Shown here piece after piece: positions 12,714 to 24,934 of a stretch of 64,000 nt of DNA. Source of the DNA: Octopus bimaculoides (Eukaryota). Position 1 is the stretch's first letter; each line of letters begins with the position of its first letter. The translations under genes were made by a program, and so were the position numbers. The notes under the pieces were generated by a model that saw only the letters and a list, made by a program, of their open reading frames with translations, was not told the DNA's origin and did not search any database. Location: assembly GCF_001194135.2 (NCBI RefSeq), contig NC_069004.1:4860454-4924453 (forward strand), written 5' to 3'.

Positions 12714-12897
12714 GAAATAAATGCAAAGTAGATAGAGGAATTGGGAATAAATCTTAAATACAAAGAGTGCGATATCTTTTAATTCGGCTTAGCGATTATG
12801 CTTGAAAATTCCTGCAAACCGGTATCTATGTATCTGACGCGAACGTACACAAAACTTTCACTTCTTCCTTTATATATTAATAAATGTGTGTGTTTGC

Positions 12898-12935
<38 letters not shown>

Positions 12936-12948
12936 GTATCTATCTATC

Positions 12949-13039
<91 letters not shown>

Positions 13040-13126
13040 GTGTGATAAATAGATAGATAAATAGATAGACACACAGATAAATAGATAGATAGACAGATAG
13101 ACAGACAGATAGACAGATAAACAGAC

Positions 13127-13181
<55 letters not shown>

Positions 13182-13974
13182 AACATAGATACATACATAC
13201 AGAGAGAAAGAGAGAGAGAACGTACAGATATACATATACCAATATTTGTGTCTGTGTATATGCATTTATGTGTTTGTATGTATGTACGCACGTGTATACT
13301 CTTGTATCTATGGAGTGTGCATATATGCATGTATGTATGTATGTATGTATGCATGTATGTATGTATGTATGTATGTATGTATGTATGTATGTATGTATGT
13401 ATAAATGCAAATAAGCGTGTAAATTTCCGATGAGATAGTTAACTAAAGGCGCAAAAGAATGCTGGCGTCACTACTCCTCACTTTAAAGCAATCTTAAAAA
13501 CGACAAAGACTTAAATCCCTTTCATTTGCAGTGAAGGATTTCGGAAGGAAATTATTTCTCCTTCAATTTTTTGGTTCAGAAATCATGAAACTATAAAAGT
13601 TAACAAAGAAATAATATATTTGAAATGAAAATAAGATGAGATAGCAATCTTCAAAAAACGAAAGAATAAAATATATACATTCATTTTTTTAAGGCGCATG
13701 ATCTGATAAAACGAAATAGCGGATTTTGGGGCAAAAACATGGAGGAGAATGTAAAAAAGTGAGAGAGAAAGCTAATGCATAATGGCAGACGTAATGTAAG
13801 ACTAAAAACTTGTTAAGATTTTGTCAGTTATACAACTAAGAAGTTGGAGAGATCTGTAAAAAAAAAAATATCAGTTAGTTGATGTGCATTAGATAAATAA
13901 GAATCTACACTGTATGCTTGATTGGAGGCGCAACAGCGGCACGAGAAGAAAACGATGGACGAAATCGTTATGGT

Positions 13975-14074
13975 AAACGACCTCGGCGGAATTTGAACTC
14001 AGAACATAACGGCAGACGAAACATCGCTATGCATTTCACCCGGCGTGCTAACGTTTCTGCCAGCTCACCGCCTT
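13975..14074 (-). mobile_element. tRNA-derived SINE family A, head fragment
   Basis: Reverse complement begins aaggcggtgagctggcagaaacgttagcacgccggg and contains gttctgagttcaaattccgccgagg (A/B-box-like); same family as 60019. Confidence 0.9.
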
Positions 14075-14149
14075 ACGTACTCTCGTATTTTCTGTGAAAT
14101 ATAAATACTCAAGTACACATATACAAAAATACGATCGTGCCGAAATGAA

Positions 14150-14900
14150 AATACAAGAAAGATACAAATGGTGTTTAAATCTGTTCTATATGAGTAATAT
14201 GGAGGTTGCTTGTATGTAATTAAGTTTGACATATCAACTGATACAATTCGCTGTCGGTGGATCTCGAATACAAAGTGGCTGTTTATTTCCAAGAGGGAAC
14301 TGTAAGATCTGCATTTCCAAATGCTCAAAACAGAAACAGCCCCCTCACAACTTAATTTATATTAAATCTAATTCATGAAGTTGCTAAACAGTATCTCTAC
14401 TTTAAAATTCCGTACCAATGTGGCTTTAAGAAGGAAGAAAAAAAATAAAGAAACAAAAGAAAAACATAACACGGAAACAGAAAATTCGTTAAGGAGATAA
14501 AATATTCCCTGAAGCGAATGGAGAACATGGAAAAGAATTTGAGCGGCTTCACCGGAGATTATTAATATTACTACATGTAAACGGTGCCACAAGCTTTGAA
14601 GATGTTGGCACTCAAGGCTGTTTTATTCACAACATTTTGAAACCTGCAGCTGAAAGTAGAAATTCACTAATAATGTTGAGGAATGTGCGCAATGATGATT
14701 ACAAGGCGTAGAAGTGGGAATGCCTCAACGGTTGAGACTATTGTTTACGATTAAATGTGCTCTTGAAATATCACCTGATACTCTATGGCTAATCTAGCCG
14801 TTTAGACAACACGTTATTCAAAGTTTCATGTCGGAGTACAATCTAATGAAAGCACTTCACGAAATTGCAGTGGATGATATTAAATTAAATTGGCCATTTA
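14150..14900 (+). mobile_element. Helitron Rep-helicase relic (end of Rep and linker)
   Basis: Frameshifted translation gives VAVYFQEGTVRSAFPNAQNRNSPLTT*FILNLIHEVAKQYLYFKIPY, LILLHVNGATSFEDVGT and GMPQRLRLLFTI...PDTLW, matching Helitron motifs VYF.EG, LTAWF.LN, YLY.EIP, LLLHV.GATSF and P.QLR.LF. Confidence 0.85.
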
Positions 14901-15035
14901 TTTCTACAGCGCCACACCAAACAATTACCTGGATGTGTACCATTTTTAGTGATTACATCACTAGAGTCCATGTGAAGAGAATAAAGATGTATATGTGTTC
15001 CAATGTTACACACTCGATATTATCATAGAGACTTT

Positions 15036-15152
15036 GAAAGGATAAAAGGCAAAGTCGACCTCGACAGAATTTGAATTCAGAACGTAAAAACGGACGAAAT
15101 CCCGCTGAACATTTCGTCCGATGTGCTAATGATTCTACCAGCTGGCTGCTTT
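15036..15152 (-). mobile_element. SINE family A fragment (diverged)
   Basis: gaaaggataaaaggcaaagtcgacctcgacagaatttgaattcagaacg... matches the reverse complement of 60019-60135. Confidence 0.8.
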
Positions 15153-15356
15153 CCCACTAGCTTGGTAACGACAGATATTTTTTACTAAATTCTTTATTAT
15201 TTTAAAATTTAATTAGAACAAAAGCAGTGTATTACAACAGGAATATCATAACAACAGGAATATCATAACAAGTGTTAAATTATTCTATGTTAAAAGCTTC
15301 CATTTAAATTGCGTGTTTAATTATGTTACAAACACCAACGTAATAATAACAGAATT

Positions 15357-15429
15357 AATTTTACTATATTCTTCAATTTTACTATATTCTTCAATTTTAC
15401 TATATTCTTCATTAATTTTACTATATTCT
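15357..15429. repeat. 18-bp minisatellite (aattttactatattcttc) x4; a 17-bp tandem pair lies at about 15234-15270
   Basis: Direct reading. Confidence 0.9.
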
Positions 15430-15454
15430 GCAGGGAATCGAACTCACGATCGTG

Positions 15455-15760
15455 ATGGCATGTGTCTTTATGGTTAGGAGTAATCGACTCCCGATCGTGA
15501 GTTCGATTCCTTCCAACGAATTGTCTTTTGAGTTAGACGATTTACTTCATATGGCTCCAGTGTACCCAGATAGCAAAAATGAGTAGTACCTGTTTTCCTT
15601 CATAGGGGCCGGGCCTTGTCACATTCTGAGTCACGCCGAATCTCGCTGGGAAGTACGTTAAGTGTACTCAGCCAATTGCACGTTAATTTCACGAGCAGGC
15701 TGTTCCGTTGATCGAATCGACTAGAACGCTCGTCCTTGTAACCGACAGAGTGTCAGTTAT
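15455..15760 (+). mobile_element. tRNA-derived SINE family C (CORE/Meta-like central domain)
   Basis: tggttagg...gtgagttcgattcc head, ggctccagtgtacccag...aaaaatgagtag centre, gtaaccgacagagtg tail; homologous to 61774-62081. Confidence 0.8.
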
Positions 15761-16540
15761 TCATCATTATATTTTCAAAATAAACTGAAACCAACGCAGT
15801 GTATAACTCAACACAGTCACAGTAATGAGAGATTATTCATTAATAATGTCGATTGACACAGTGTTGTAATATTTTCTTAAAGCGTATATAAAACTGTTGC
15901 TCTCAGAGAACATTTAAATTAAATGCACATTTAATATGTTTCAAGATATTGTATAAGGTTTACAAGCTGCATCCTCTAACATGTATCATAATGGGAGAAC
16001 GTTGTAAATATTTGATGTCAACTTTAATCTATACATTATTATACCGTATGTATTTCTACAACCGCCTGTGGCATATTGTGATATAATATAAGGTTTTATA
16101 TATAAACTACATCCTGTAAAAATAGCTGAAAATGTAGATATTGCTGTAAAATGAAATCTCCGGAATGTTATGAGATCTTCTAGTCCTAAAACGCAGCTGT
16201 GTCGTATTATGAAATGTAATATTGCATACTGCAAACTTTATCATAATGTGAAATGTAAATAACCCTATATACTAGGGCGGAGTTGATAGCATGCAATGTA
16301 ACTACAAATATTTATTGCAAAATGCTATATATGATGAAAGATAAAATGCTATTGAGAAGAATTGTACATCTACCTACCATATTCTGTAAATGGGGTATAA
16401 ATATAGCAGTAAATTATGGTTTATACCTTATGATCATTTATGAAGATATCTGTGGGAATGTTACATGTTCTTTGATATATACTATGAAATTATAGTCTAC
16501 ACATTATTTTGGAGATTTGCAAGAAAAAAATAATAATAAT

Positions 16541-16904
16541 AAGAGTACTCAGAGAGCGCAAACCTCCGCCAAGGCAACATCAACGTCCTCTCAATGATTA
16601 GTCAGAGATGATTTTTTAAATGAGAATATCTGAAATAAACTCGACTGCTCTCACAAACGAGAATACTAAAAATGAACCCGACCGCCATCAAAAATTAAGT
16701 AAAATAATAGGAAAAATAATCCAGAAACCTTGTCCGGTATCGGATTGGTCCCAGAATCTAAATATTTCGTGCCAGGCCTGAGGCGAAACATTTCTGAAAA
16801 TTTTATCCGAATCCATCCAGCGGTTCTTGAGATACCTTGTCCACGGACAAACAAACAAACCCGACTGAAAACAAAACCTTCGCCTTCGCTAAGGCGGAGG
16901 TAAT
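16541..16904 (-). mobile_element. Complete non-autonomous Helentron-type element (HINE/DINE-1-like)
   Basis: Subterminal inverted repeats acctccgcc (16562-16570) / ggcggaggt (16893-16901), a (GTTT)n run near the 5' end, a degenerate 3' hairpin gcgctc-tct-gagtac, and ATT-rich flanks on both sides. Confidence 0.75.
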
Positions 16905-16907
16905 AAT

Positions 16908-17119
16908 CCTTTCTACTAAAGGCACAAGGCCTGAAATTTTGGAGGATGGTAAAAAATGATCACATCGACCCCAGTACTTGACGGGTACTTAATTTATGGA
17001 CCCCGAAAGGATGAAAGGTAAATACGACCTAATCGGAATTCGAACTCCCGTAGCGATGGGCAAAATAAGGCTAAGCATTTCGTCCACCATGCCAACAGTT
17101 CTGCCAGTTTGTCACCTTA
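16908..17119 (-). mobile_element. SINE family A, near full length, diverged
   Basis: ctttctactaaaggcacaaggcctgaaatttt...gaccccgaaaggatgaaagg...ttctgccagtttgtcacctt is the reverse complement of the family A head and tail. Confidence 0.85.
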
Positions 17120-17856
17120 AAAAATAGTAAGAAAAATAAGAATGATAACTGNNNNNNNNNNNNNNNNNNNNNNNNNNNNNNNNNNNNNNNNNNNNNNNNN
17201 NNNNNNNNNNNNNNNNNNNNNNNNNNNNNNNNNNNNNNNNNNNNNNNNNNNNNNNNNNNNNNNNNNNNNNNNNNNNNNNNNNNNNNNNNNNNNNNNNNNN
17301 NNNNNNNNNNNNNNNNNNNNNNNNNNNNNNNNNNNNNNNNNNNNNNNNNNNNNNNNNNNNNNNNNNNNNNNNNNNNNNNNNNNNNNNNNNNNNNNNNNNN
17401 NNNNNNNNNNNNNNNNNNNNNNNNNNNNNNNNNNNNNNNNNNNNNNNATATATATAAAAGCATGCACACAATTCTTCGTTATGAACAATAAGAAAAAATA
17501 TATTATAATCTCGACTTAAACCAGGATACCGATATTTTACACTTATTTATTGTCAAAAAATTTTGCTGAAAAATTGTAACTTAATTACACATAATTTGTC
17601 GAATTTCTCAGACGGGTAAATCATAGTAATTGGTATAAATTTATCCTTTATTAGATTCTTAGAAAAGTGCTAACCAAATATGTGTTGTGCTAAATTAAGA
17701 CATGAATAGATGGTTCCCAATATCGGAAGAGGTTGTCGCATCTGGCTGCTCGGAATTTCTTTCAGAAACGAGATTAAATGCGTTATTTGACATTCATGAA
17801 TTTCTTTGTATATCTGTTTCTGTATGTGTGAAAATATAGATATATATATATTTATG

Positions 17857-17887
<31 letters not shown>

Positions 17888-18409
17888 NNNNNNNNNNNNN
17901 NNNNNNNNNNNNNNNNNNNNNNNNNNNNNNNNNNNNNNNNNNNNNNNNNNNNNNNNNNNNNATATATATATATATATATATCTATATATATATATATATA
18001 TATATATTTAAAACATATATTTATACTTATATTTATACATATAATCGATTGATAAATATATGTAATTATAGGTACATGGATATATATGTGCGTGGATGTG
18101 TATGTGTGTGTACAATATATACTCACGTATACACAAACGCATACACAAGTATATGTGCTTCTCTCTCTCTCTCTCTGTATCTATGTATGTATATTGTATG
18201 TAAATGTCTCTGTATGTTTATATATGCGTACGTGCGTTTGAATGTAATCTGTGTATCTGTGCATATGTGACGTAAACGTGAAGATAGATGGGTAGGTAGA
18301 TAGATAGATCGATAGATAAATCGATAGATAGATTGATTGACAGACAGACTGACAGACAGACAGACAGACGGTTGGACAGACAGATTGACAGATAGGCAGA
18401 CAGAGAGTC

Positions 18410-18454
<45 letters not shown>

Positions 18455-18455
<1 letters not shown>

Positions 18456-19508
18456 CTTTCTTTTATTAGCCACACAGGGCTGCACACAGAGGGGACAAAT
18501 ATAACTGTAGAGCTTTTCTTTANNNNNNNNNNNNNNNNNNNNNNNNNNNNNNNNNNNNNNNNNNNNNNNNNNNNNNNNNNNNNNNNNNNNNNNNNNNNNN
18601 NNNNNNNNNNNNNNNNNNNNNNNNNNNNNNNNNNNNNNNNNNNNNNNNNNNNNNNNNNNNNNNNNNNNNNNNNNNNNNNNNNNNNNNNNNNNNNNNNNNN
18701 NNNNNNNNNNNNNNNNNNNNNNNNNNNNNNNNNNNNNNNNNNNNNNNNNNNNNNNNNNNNNNNNNNNNNNNNNNNNNNNNNNNNNNNNNNNNNNNNNNNN
18801 NNNNNNNNNNNNNNNNNNNNNNNNNNNNNNNNNNNNNNNNNNNNNNNNNNNNNNNNNNNNNNNNNNNNNNNNNNNNNNNNNNNNNNNNNNNNNNNNNNNN
18901 NNNNNNNNNNNNNNNNNNNNNNNNNNNNNNNNNNNNNNNNNNNNNNNNNNNNNNNNNNNNNNNNNNNNNNNNNNNNNNNNNNNNNNNNNNNNNNNNNNNN
19001 NNNNNNNNNNNNNNNNNNNNNNNNNNNNNNNNNNNNNNNNNNNNNNNNNNNNNNNNNNNNNNNNNNNNNNNNNNNNNNNNNNNNNNNNNNNNNNNNNNNN
19101 NNNNNNNNNNNNNNNNNNNNNNNNNNNNNNNNNNNNNNNNNNNNNNNNNNNNNNNNNNNNNNNNNNNNNNNNNNNNNNNNNNNNNNNNNNNNNNNNNNNN
19201 NNNNNNNNNNNNNNNNNNNNNNNNNNNNNNNNNNNNNNNNNNNNNNNNNNNNNNNNNNNNNNNNNNNATGGTCGTCGCACCTCCCCTCCACTAATCCTCT
19301 ATAGAACACTTTTGTGGAATCAAAGTTGCACAAGATTGGTCCCGGACGGCAGAGTTGCTTGAGAGCAACGCGACACTCGCGGTGCCATTCGCCGAGCCTA
19401 GGTCTCTGTTTAATCCACGACTGCAGTTCGGCTAAGGAGACGAGCTGCGGGAAAAGCGCGCCGCACAAACGGCGACCACACCTGTTCACCGTCGTCTAGG
19501 AAGCGCCG
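18455..19508 (-). mobile_element. 5'-truncated Tx1/L1-type LINE (post-RT ORF2 fragment plus 3' tail), spanning a gap
   Basis: 19268-19508 is GC-rich and reads RRFLDDGEQVWSPFVRRAFP / QLVSLAELQSWIKQRPRLGEWHRECRVALKQLCRPG...KVFYRGLVEG. 18455-18522 has AATAAA and runs into (TATC)n. Joining the two ends across the gap is inference. Confidence 0.6.
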
Positions 19509-19561
<53 letters not shown>

Positions 19562-22363
19562 ATATATCGAACATTGTCTCCTGAGTCCAAAGAAATATTA
19601 TCATATTCAAGGATTGCACAATACCCCAGAAAATGTATTACTAATATTAACGTGTTTCCCTGGGCTAAAATAAGAATTCATAGAGAGGACATTCTATTAA
19701 AAATAACCATGCGTAAGGCGCCGGTATCATAGCATGACCGCTGTCCATCGGCAAGTATTAGCAGAAGAATCACAGAATGACACAATAATTCCGACATAAT
19801 CGATATATAAACGGTAGAATTAGAAAGGAATCGATCAGTAAACTATCAAAGAGATAATGTTAATCCAAGGATCAAATGACAGGAAATTCTAGTCGTTTAT
19901 GCCATTAATTTAAAATGTTAATATCGCGTTGTGTTCAATATCCATACCGCAAACACACACACGCACGCACGCTCACACACACACGCACGCACGCACACAC
20001 ACACACATATATATATTTACATATATGGGCACAGACATGTAATATATGTAATATATGTAATATATGTAATATATAAATATACACTCACATGCTTGTACAT
20101 ATATGTGCGTGCGTGCGTGTGTGTGTATGTGTGTGTATGCTCGTATACACCTACCCACCTATAAAGACAGGTATAAAGGTAAATTCTATATACCTACCCG
20201 TCTTTACAGATGGGTATACGTATATATATATANNNNNNNNNNTTTGCTTCATGTGAAATTATGTATAAAAGAACGTAGTATTTACCTTCAGACTTAGTTA
20301 ATACTCTTTTTTTCTTACTGTAGATTACGTATTTATTAATATAAGCAAGTAAAAGTTTGACTATGATTTCAGAGTTTTGACTTGTTTACCCTCATCAGAC
20401 TTCCTGATAAAAACGAGCAAGTCGATAAACTTTTCTATATTTAATCTAACCTTCACTCATGGATATGCATCAATTCAAATTCTTTTATTATGAAATACGA
20501 TTTTTTTTTTCACAAGGTTATGAGTTAACAAACTCGTTATGTGGGCACCAATCTTTAGTTATGCCGTTCATTCATGCAGGAAATTTAATGGCTTTTGGAT
20601 AAAATCCTTCTACTTTCAGAACATCATTATAGTATTCCGAAAACTTTTTCATTGGATGAATATTTAGAGAAGCGTAAAGAAATATTCTCGATTATCTAAG
20701 ATTTGATTGTGATTGCTAGAATGCTTATGAATATAATGGAGATTCCCGTTGAATTGTCTATATGAGAGAAGAACTGCTAACTCTTATGATTAAGATTAAT
20801 GGGCTATGATTAAGAATATTCACAAGACTGTCTAATTATTTTGTTATATTTTATAATAACTTCATATGTCTCAACTGATTCTTCTTCTAAACGATCTCCA
20901 ATTATTTGTACCAACATATTTAACTAACTCATTTAAATTCGCTCGCCATTAAATGATCCATTCATTTTCTTTGATGCTCCACTAACCAAGCGTTTCAATA
21001 CTAACTTCAAAAATCTTAACAAAAATTGTTTCCCTTCTCAGTTTGTAGAACAATGAGTAATAACTTCAAATTCTATAAATTGTTTCATCGTAGTCAAACT
21101 ATACTACTCCTAATATGTTTATAGATTATTATGTTTACTAGAATTCTTTAATCAATTGTTTCCCTTTTTTTTTTTTTTGTTATTTATCCCAGTAACACAA
21201 ATCTTACGTTGTTCCAACATAAATCTCCATTCGCCTCACCCATTCCCAAAATAATTTTTTTCCCTCTTTCTCTCTCATGCACATTGTTTTCTCCTTTTTA
21301 TCGATTTACTCCCAATCTTTTCACGGCAACCAGTTAGTAGTACACAAGCACTACGTTCCATTATTTCTTATTAAAAACGTATTTCTGCCTTTATTCAACC
21401 CTAATAAATTTATAACAATAATATACTAATATCATTGAGTTCTAAGTTTCCGTTGTTATCGGTACAATAATATTCAAAACTCGTATGTTTTAAGCTAAAA
21501 TATATTATGTCTATATAGTTGACTTTCGGTCATCATTTGTCTAATTCTTCTCTATACAGAGTAGACGTACATTTGGAGAAGAGCAATGGGCACACCATTC
21601 CGTCGACTCGATGTTGACAAAAAAAAAAAAACACTGTACATTTGGAAATACAATCCTAGATGCACCATGACTTCAAAACTAGACTGTCACGATCGGGACA
21701 CCTTTTTATTACTGCTTTGATTAAACATGGTTGACTTCGAATTAACAGGCGAATGAAAATGCCTATGATAACAGAACTGAGATGGTCATTTCAAGAACGT
21801 CTTCGATCTGATGGGTTAGCATCGAGTTAAGGTTAAACTACATTAAACAAAAACGATGACTTCGGGCTGGTCTCGGGACGAACAAAAAGGGTATAAAAAC
21901 CACAGTTAGACATGATGGTCAAACCTGGTAAGTCTTTGAAAATACGCCTGTTAAAAATACAACGAAAACAAAAGGACAACAGCAGCAGTAACAGCTGCAG
22001 CAATGACGTCAATAATAGCGGGATAGTTTGAAAAGAATGTATATGAAACGTAATGAAATCAGTTTCTGGTACAGAACTGGCACCATCATATGAAATCAGT
22101 TTCTGGTACAGAACTGGCACCATCAACGGTAAATATTGGCGCCAATATTGTCAGGTGATAAGGCAGGTGGTTTAATAAAATAATCAAGACAAAAGCTGAG
22201 ATTAAAGAAGATGGAATACAATAAAAATTCGGGAATATTACATTAAAGAACATATAGACATATGTGTGTATGTATAAATATATGTATGCATATGCGTATA
22301 TATAAATATTATACATATAACTATCTATCTATCTCTCTATCTATCTATCTATCTATCTATCTA

Positions 22364-22397
<34 letters not shown>

Positions 22398-22927
22398 NNN
22401 NNNNNNNNNNNNNNNNNNNNNNNNNNNNNNNNNNNNNNNNNNNNNNNNNNNNNNNNNNNNNNNNNNNNNNNNNNNNNNNNNNNNNNNNNNNNNNNNNNNN
22501 NNNNNNNNNNNNNNNNNNNNNNNNNNNNNNNNNNNNNNNNNNNNNNNNNNNNNNNNNNNNNNNNNNNNNNNNNNNNNNNNNNNNNNNNNNNNNNNNNNNN
22601 NNNNNNNNNNNNNNNNNNNNNNNNNNNNNNNNNNNNNNNNNNNNNNNNNNNNNNNNNNNNNNNNNNNNNNNNNNNNNNNNNNNNNNNNNNNNNNNNNNNN
22701 NNNNNNNNNNNNNNNNNNNNNNNNNNNNNNNNNNNNNNNNNNNNNNNNNNNNNNNNNNNNNNNNNNNNNNNNNNNNNNNNNNNNNNNNNNNNNNNNNTGA
22801 TATATGAGTCCCCAGCTCGTTCGTGATTTCGTGCGGCACCGTGTCTCAGTTTACCACAAAAAAATAGTTAAAACATCTTATCGTTAATTTCAAATTGAGC
22901 CCGAACTGTCGTTGTTCGACAACTTAC

Positions 22928-22970
22928 AGCTGCAATGGCTGCCGAAAACTTTAACATCAGATAACGCCAT
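22928..22970 (-). CDS. Candidate initiation exon of an unidentified minus-strand gene
   Basis: AAAATGGCG start context, MALSDVKVFGSHCS, then a consensus donor GCT|GTAAGT, in locally CpG-rich sequence. Confidence 0.3.
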
Positions 22971-23795
22971 TTTCGTTAGTATGCAATTTTTTTCTTTACA
23001 CTCAATCTTTTGAAAATTTTCTTTGAGCAAGATTTAATACGTACACACACATATATACAAATATATGTATGAACACAACATACACGCACACACACTCATA
23101 CACATACACATACACTCATAAATAATATATGTGCGCGTGTATGTATGTGTTTCTGTGATTGTGTGTGTATACATATGTATATCGTTGTGTGTACGTTTAT
23201 ATATGTATACACATATTTTGTATAGCTACGTATGTTTTTCGAAGTTTCAATTTCGTTTTTCAGAATAATATATAATTTTATCTAAAAGAAGTGTTATACA
23301 CACACACAGACACACGCACATATATATATATATATATATTCATACATATATATTTGTGTATAGATATCTATATGTATACACATACAAATACTTATAAATA
23401 TATGTATGTGTGTGTATGAGTATGTATGTATACTAATATTTAGATATATGTGTGCGTGAAATATATCTTGCTTCAGAAAATAATTTTTGTACGTGTTTCG
23501 TGGATACAGCATATATTATCAATAAGAAAAATGAAATCTTGGTTTCTATTATCAAAACTTTTTTAACGTGCTTTCGCTCCCCTGCTAAATATGTGTGCAT
23601 GTATTGTTCTCTGCATGTGGTCATGTGCGGCGTACATGTGTGTGTCCATCTGTGTGTGCGTGTGTGTGTGTCTGTGTGTGTGTGTGTGTGTGCACGTGCA
23701 TGCGCATGTATGTATTTGTGTGCATGTGTGTGTTGATGTTCTTATTTATAATGTAACAAACTTTAAGCGACTTTTTTTATAAAAAAAACTATATG

Positions 23796-23826
<31 letters not shown>

Positions 23827-24272
23827 TAATATATATATACGCACGCACACATACACAAAAAATCATACATACATACAAAACCTCATAGTTATCTATCATC
23901 AAATATTTAAAAATACATATATACATATGTTTATATATGCATACCCTAAGATGAAAAAAAAAAAAAAAANNNNNNNNNNNNNNNNNNNNNNNNNNNNNNN
24001 NNNNNNNNNNNNNNNNNNNNNNNNNNNNNNNNNNNNNNNNNNNNNNNNNNNNNNNNNNNNNNNNNNNNNNNNNNNNNNNNNNNNNNNNNNNNNNNNNNNN
24101 NNNNNNNNNNNNNNNNNNNNNNNNNNNNNNNNNNNNNNNNNNNNNNNNNNNNNNNNNNNNNNNNNNNNNNNNNNNNNNNNNNNNNNNNNNNNNNNNNNNN
24201 NNNNNNNNNNNNNNNNNNNNNNNNNNNNNNNNNNNNNNNNNNNNNNNNNNNNNNNNNNNNNNNNNNNNNNNN

Positions 24273-24320
<48 letters not shown>

Positions 24321-24640
24321 TGTACATATGTGCTGTGTAAAGACGTGTGTGTGAGTGTGGAGGGAGAGAGGGTGAGTGGGAGTGACTGACAGAGAGGGAG
24401 AAAGTGCAATATTGAAAACTGGAGAAAGATACGGTGTACATTTTTTCGTTTGGAATTTTTGTTTTTTTTTTTGGTCTTTGTTAGATGTTTTAGCATCTGC
24501 TATGCAAATGATAACATATCTGTAATTATTATGTAATATTTTTAACAATAACAACTCCCACACTACACTATTATTGTTGCGTCGGATGCTACTACTACTA
24601 CTACTACTACTAAAACTACAACTACTACTACCACTGTATA

Positions 24641-24693
<53 letters not shown>

Positions 24694-24934
24694 TCTACTA
24701 AAAGCACAAGGCCTGAAGCTTTGTGGGAGGAAACTAGTCGATTAGATCGACCCTAGTGTTTCATATATATTAAACCACGGTTTAACCTTTAAGTTACCTA
24801 CTACCGTATACCTTATAACGAGAACTATATATACCGAGGTAATACACCAGGAGTGTATACGGATACATCTATCCCTTAGATGGTTGAATAAACTCTAACT
24901 TGTATATTATATATATGTGTATATATATGTACGA

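Noticed and set aside
14065-14328. 87-aa minus-strand ORF as a host exon
   Set aside because: It is the antisense of the Helitron relic, and its apparent donor is the start of a SINE.
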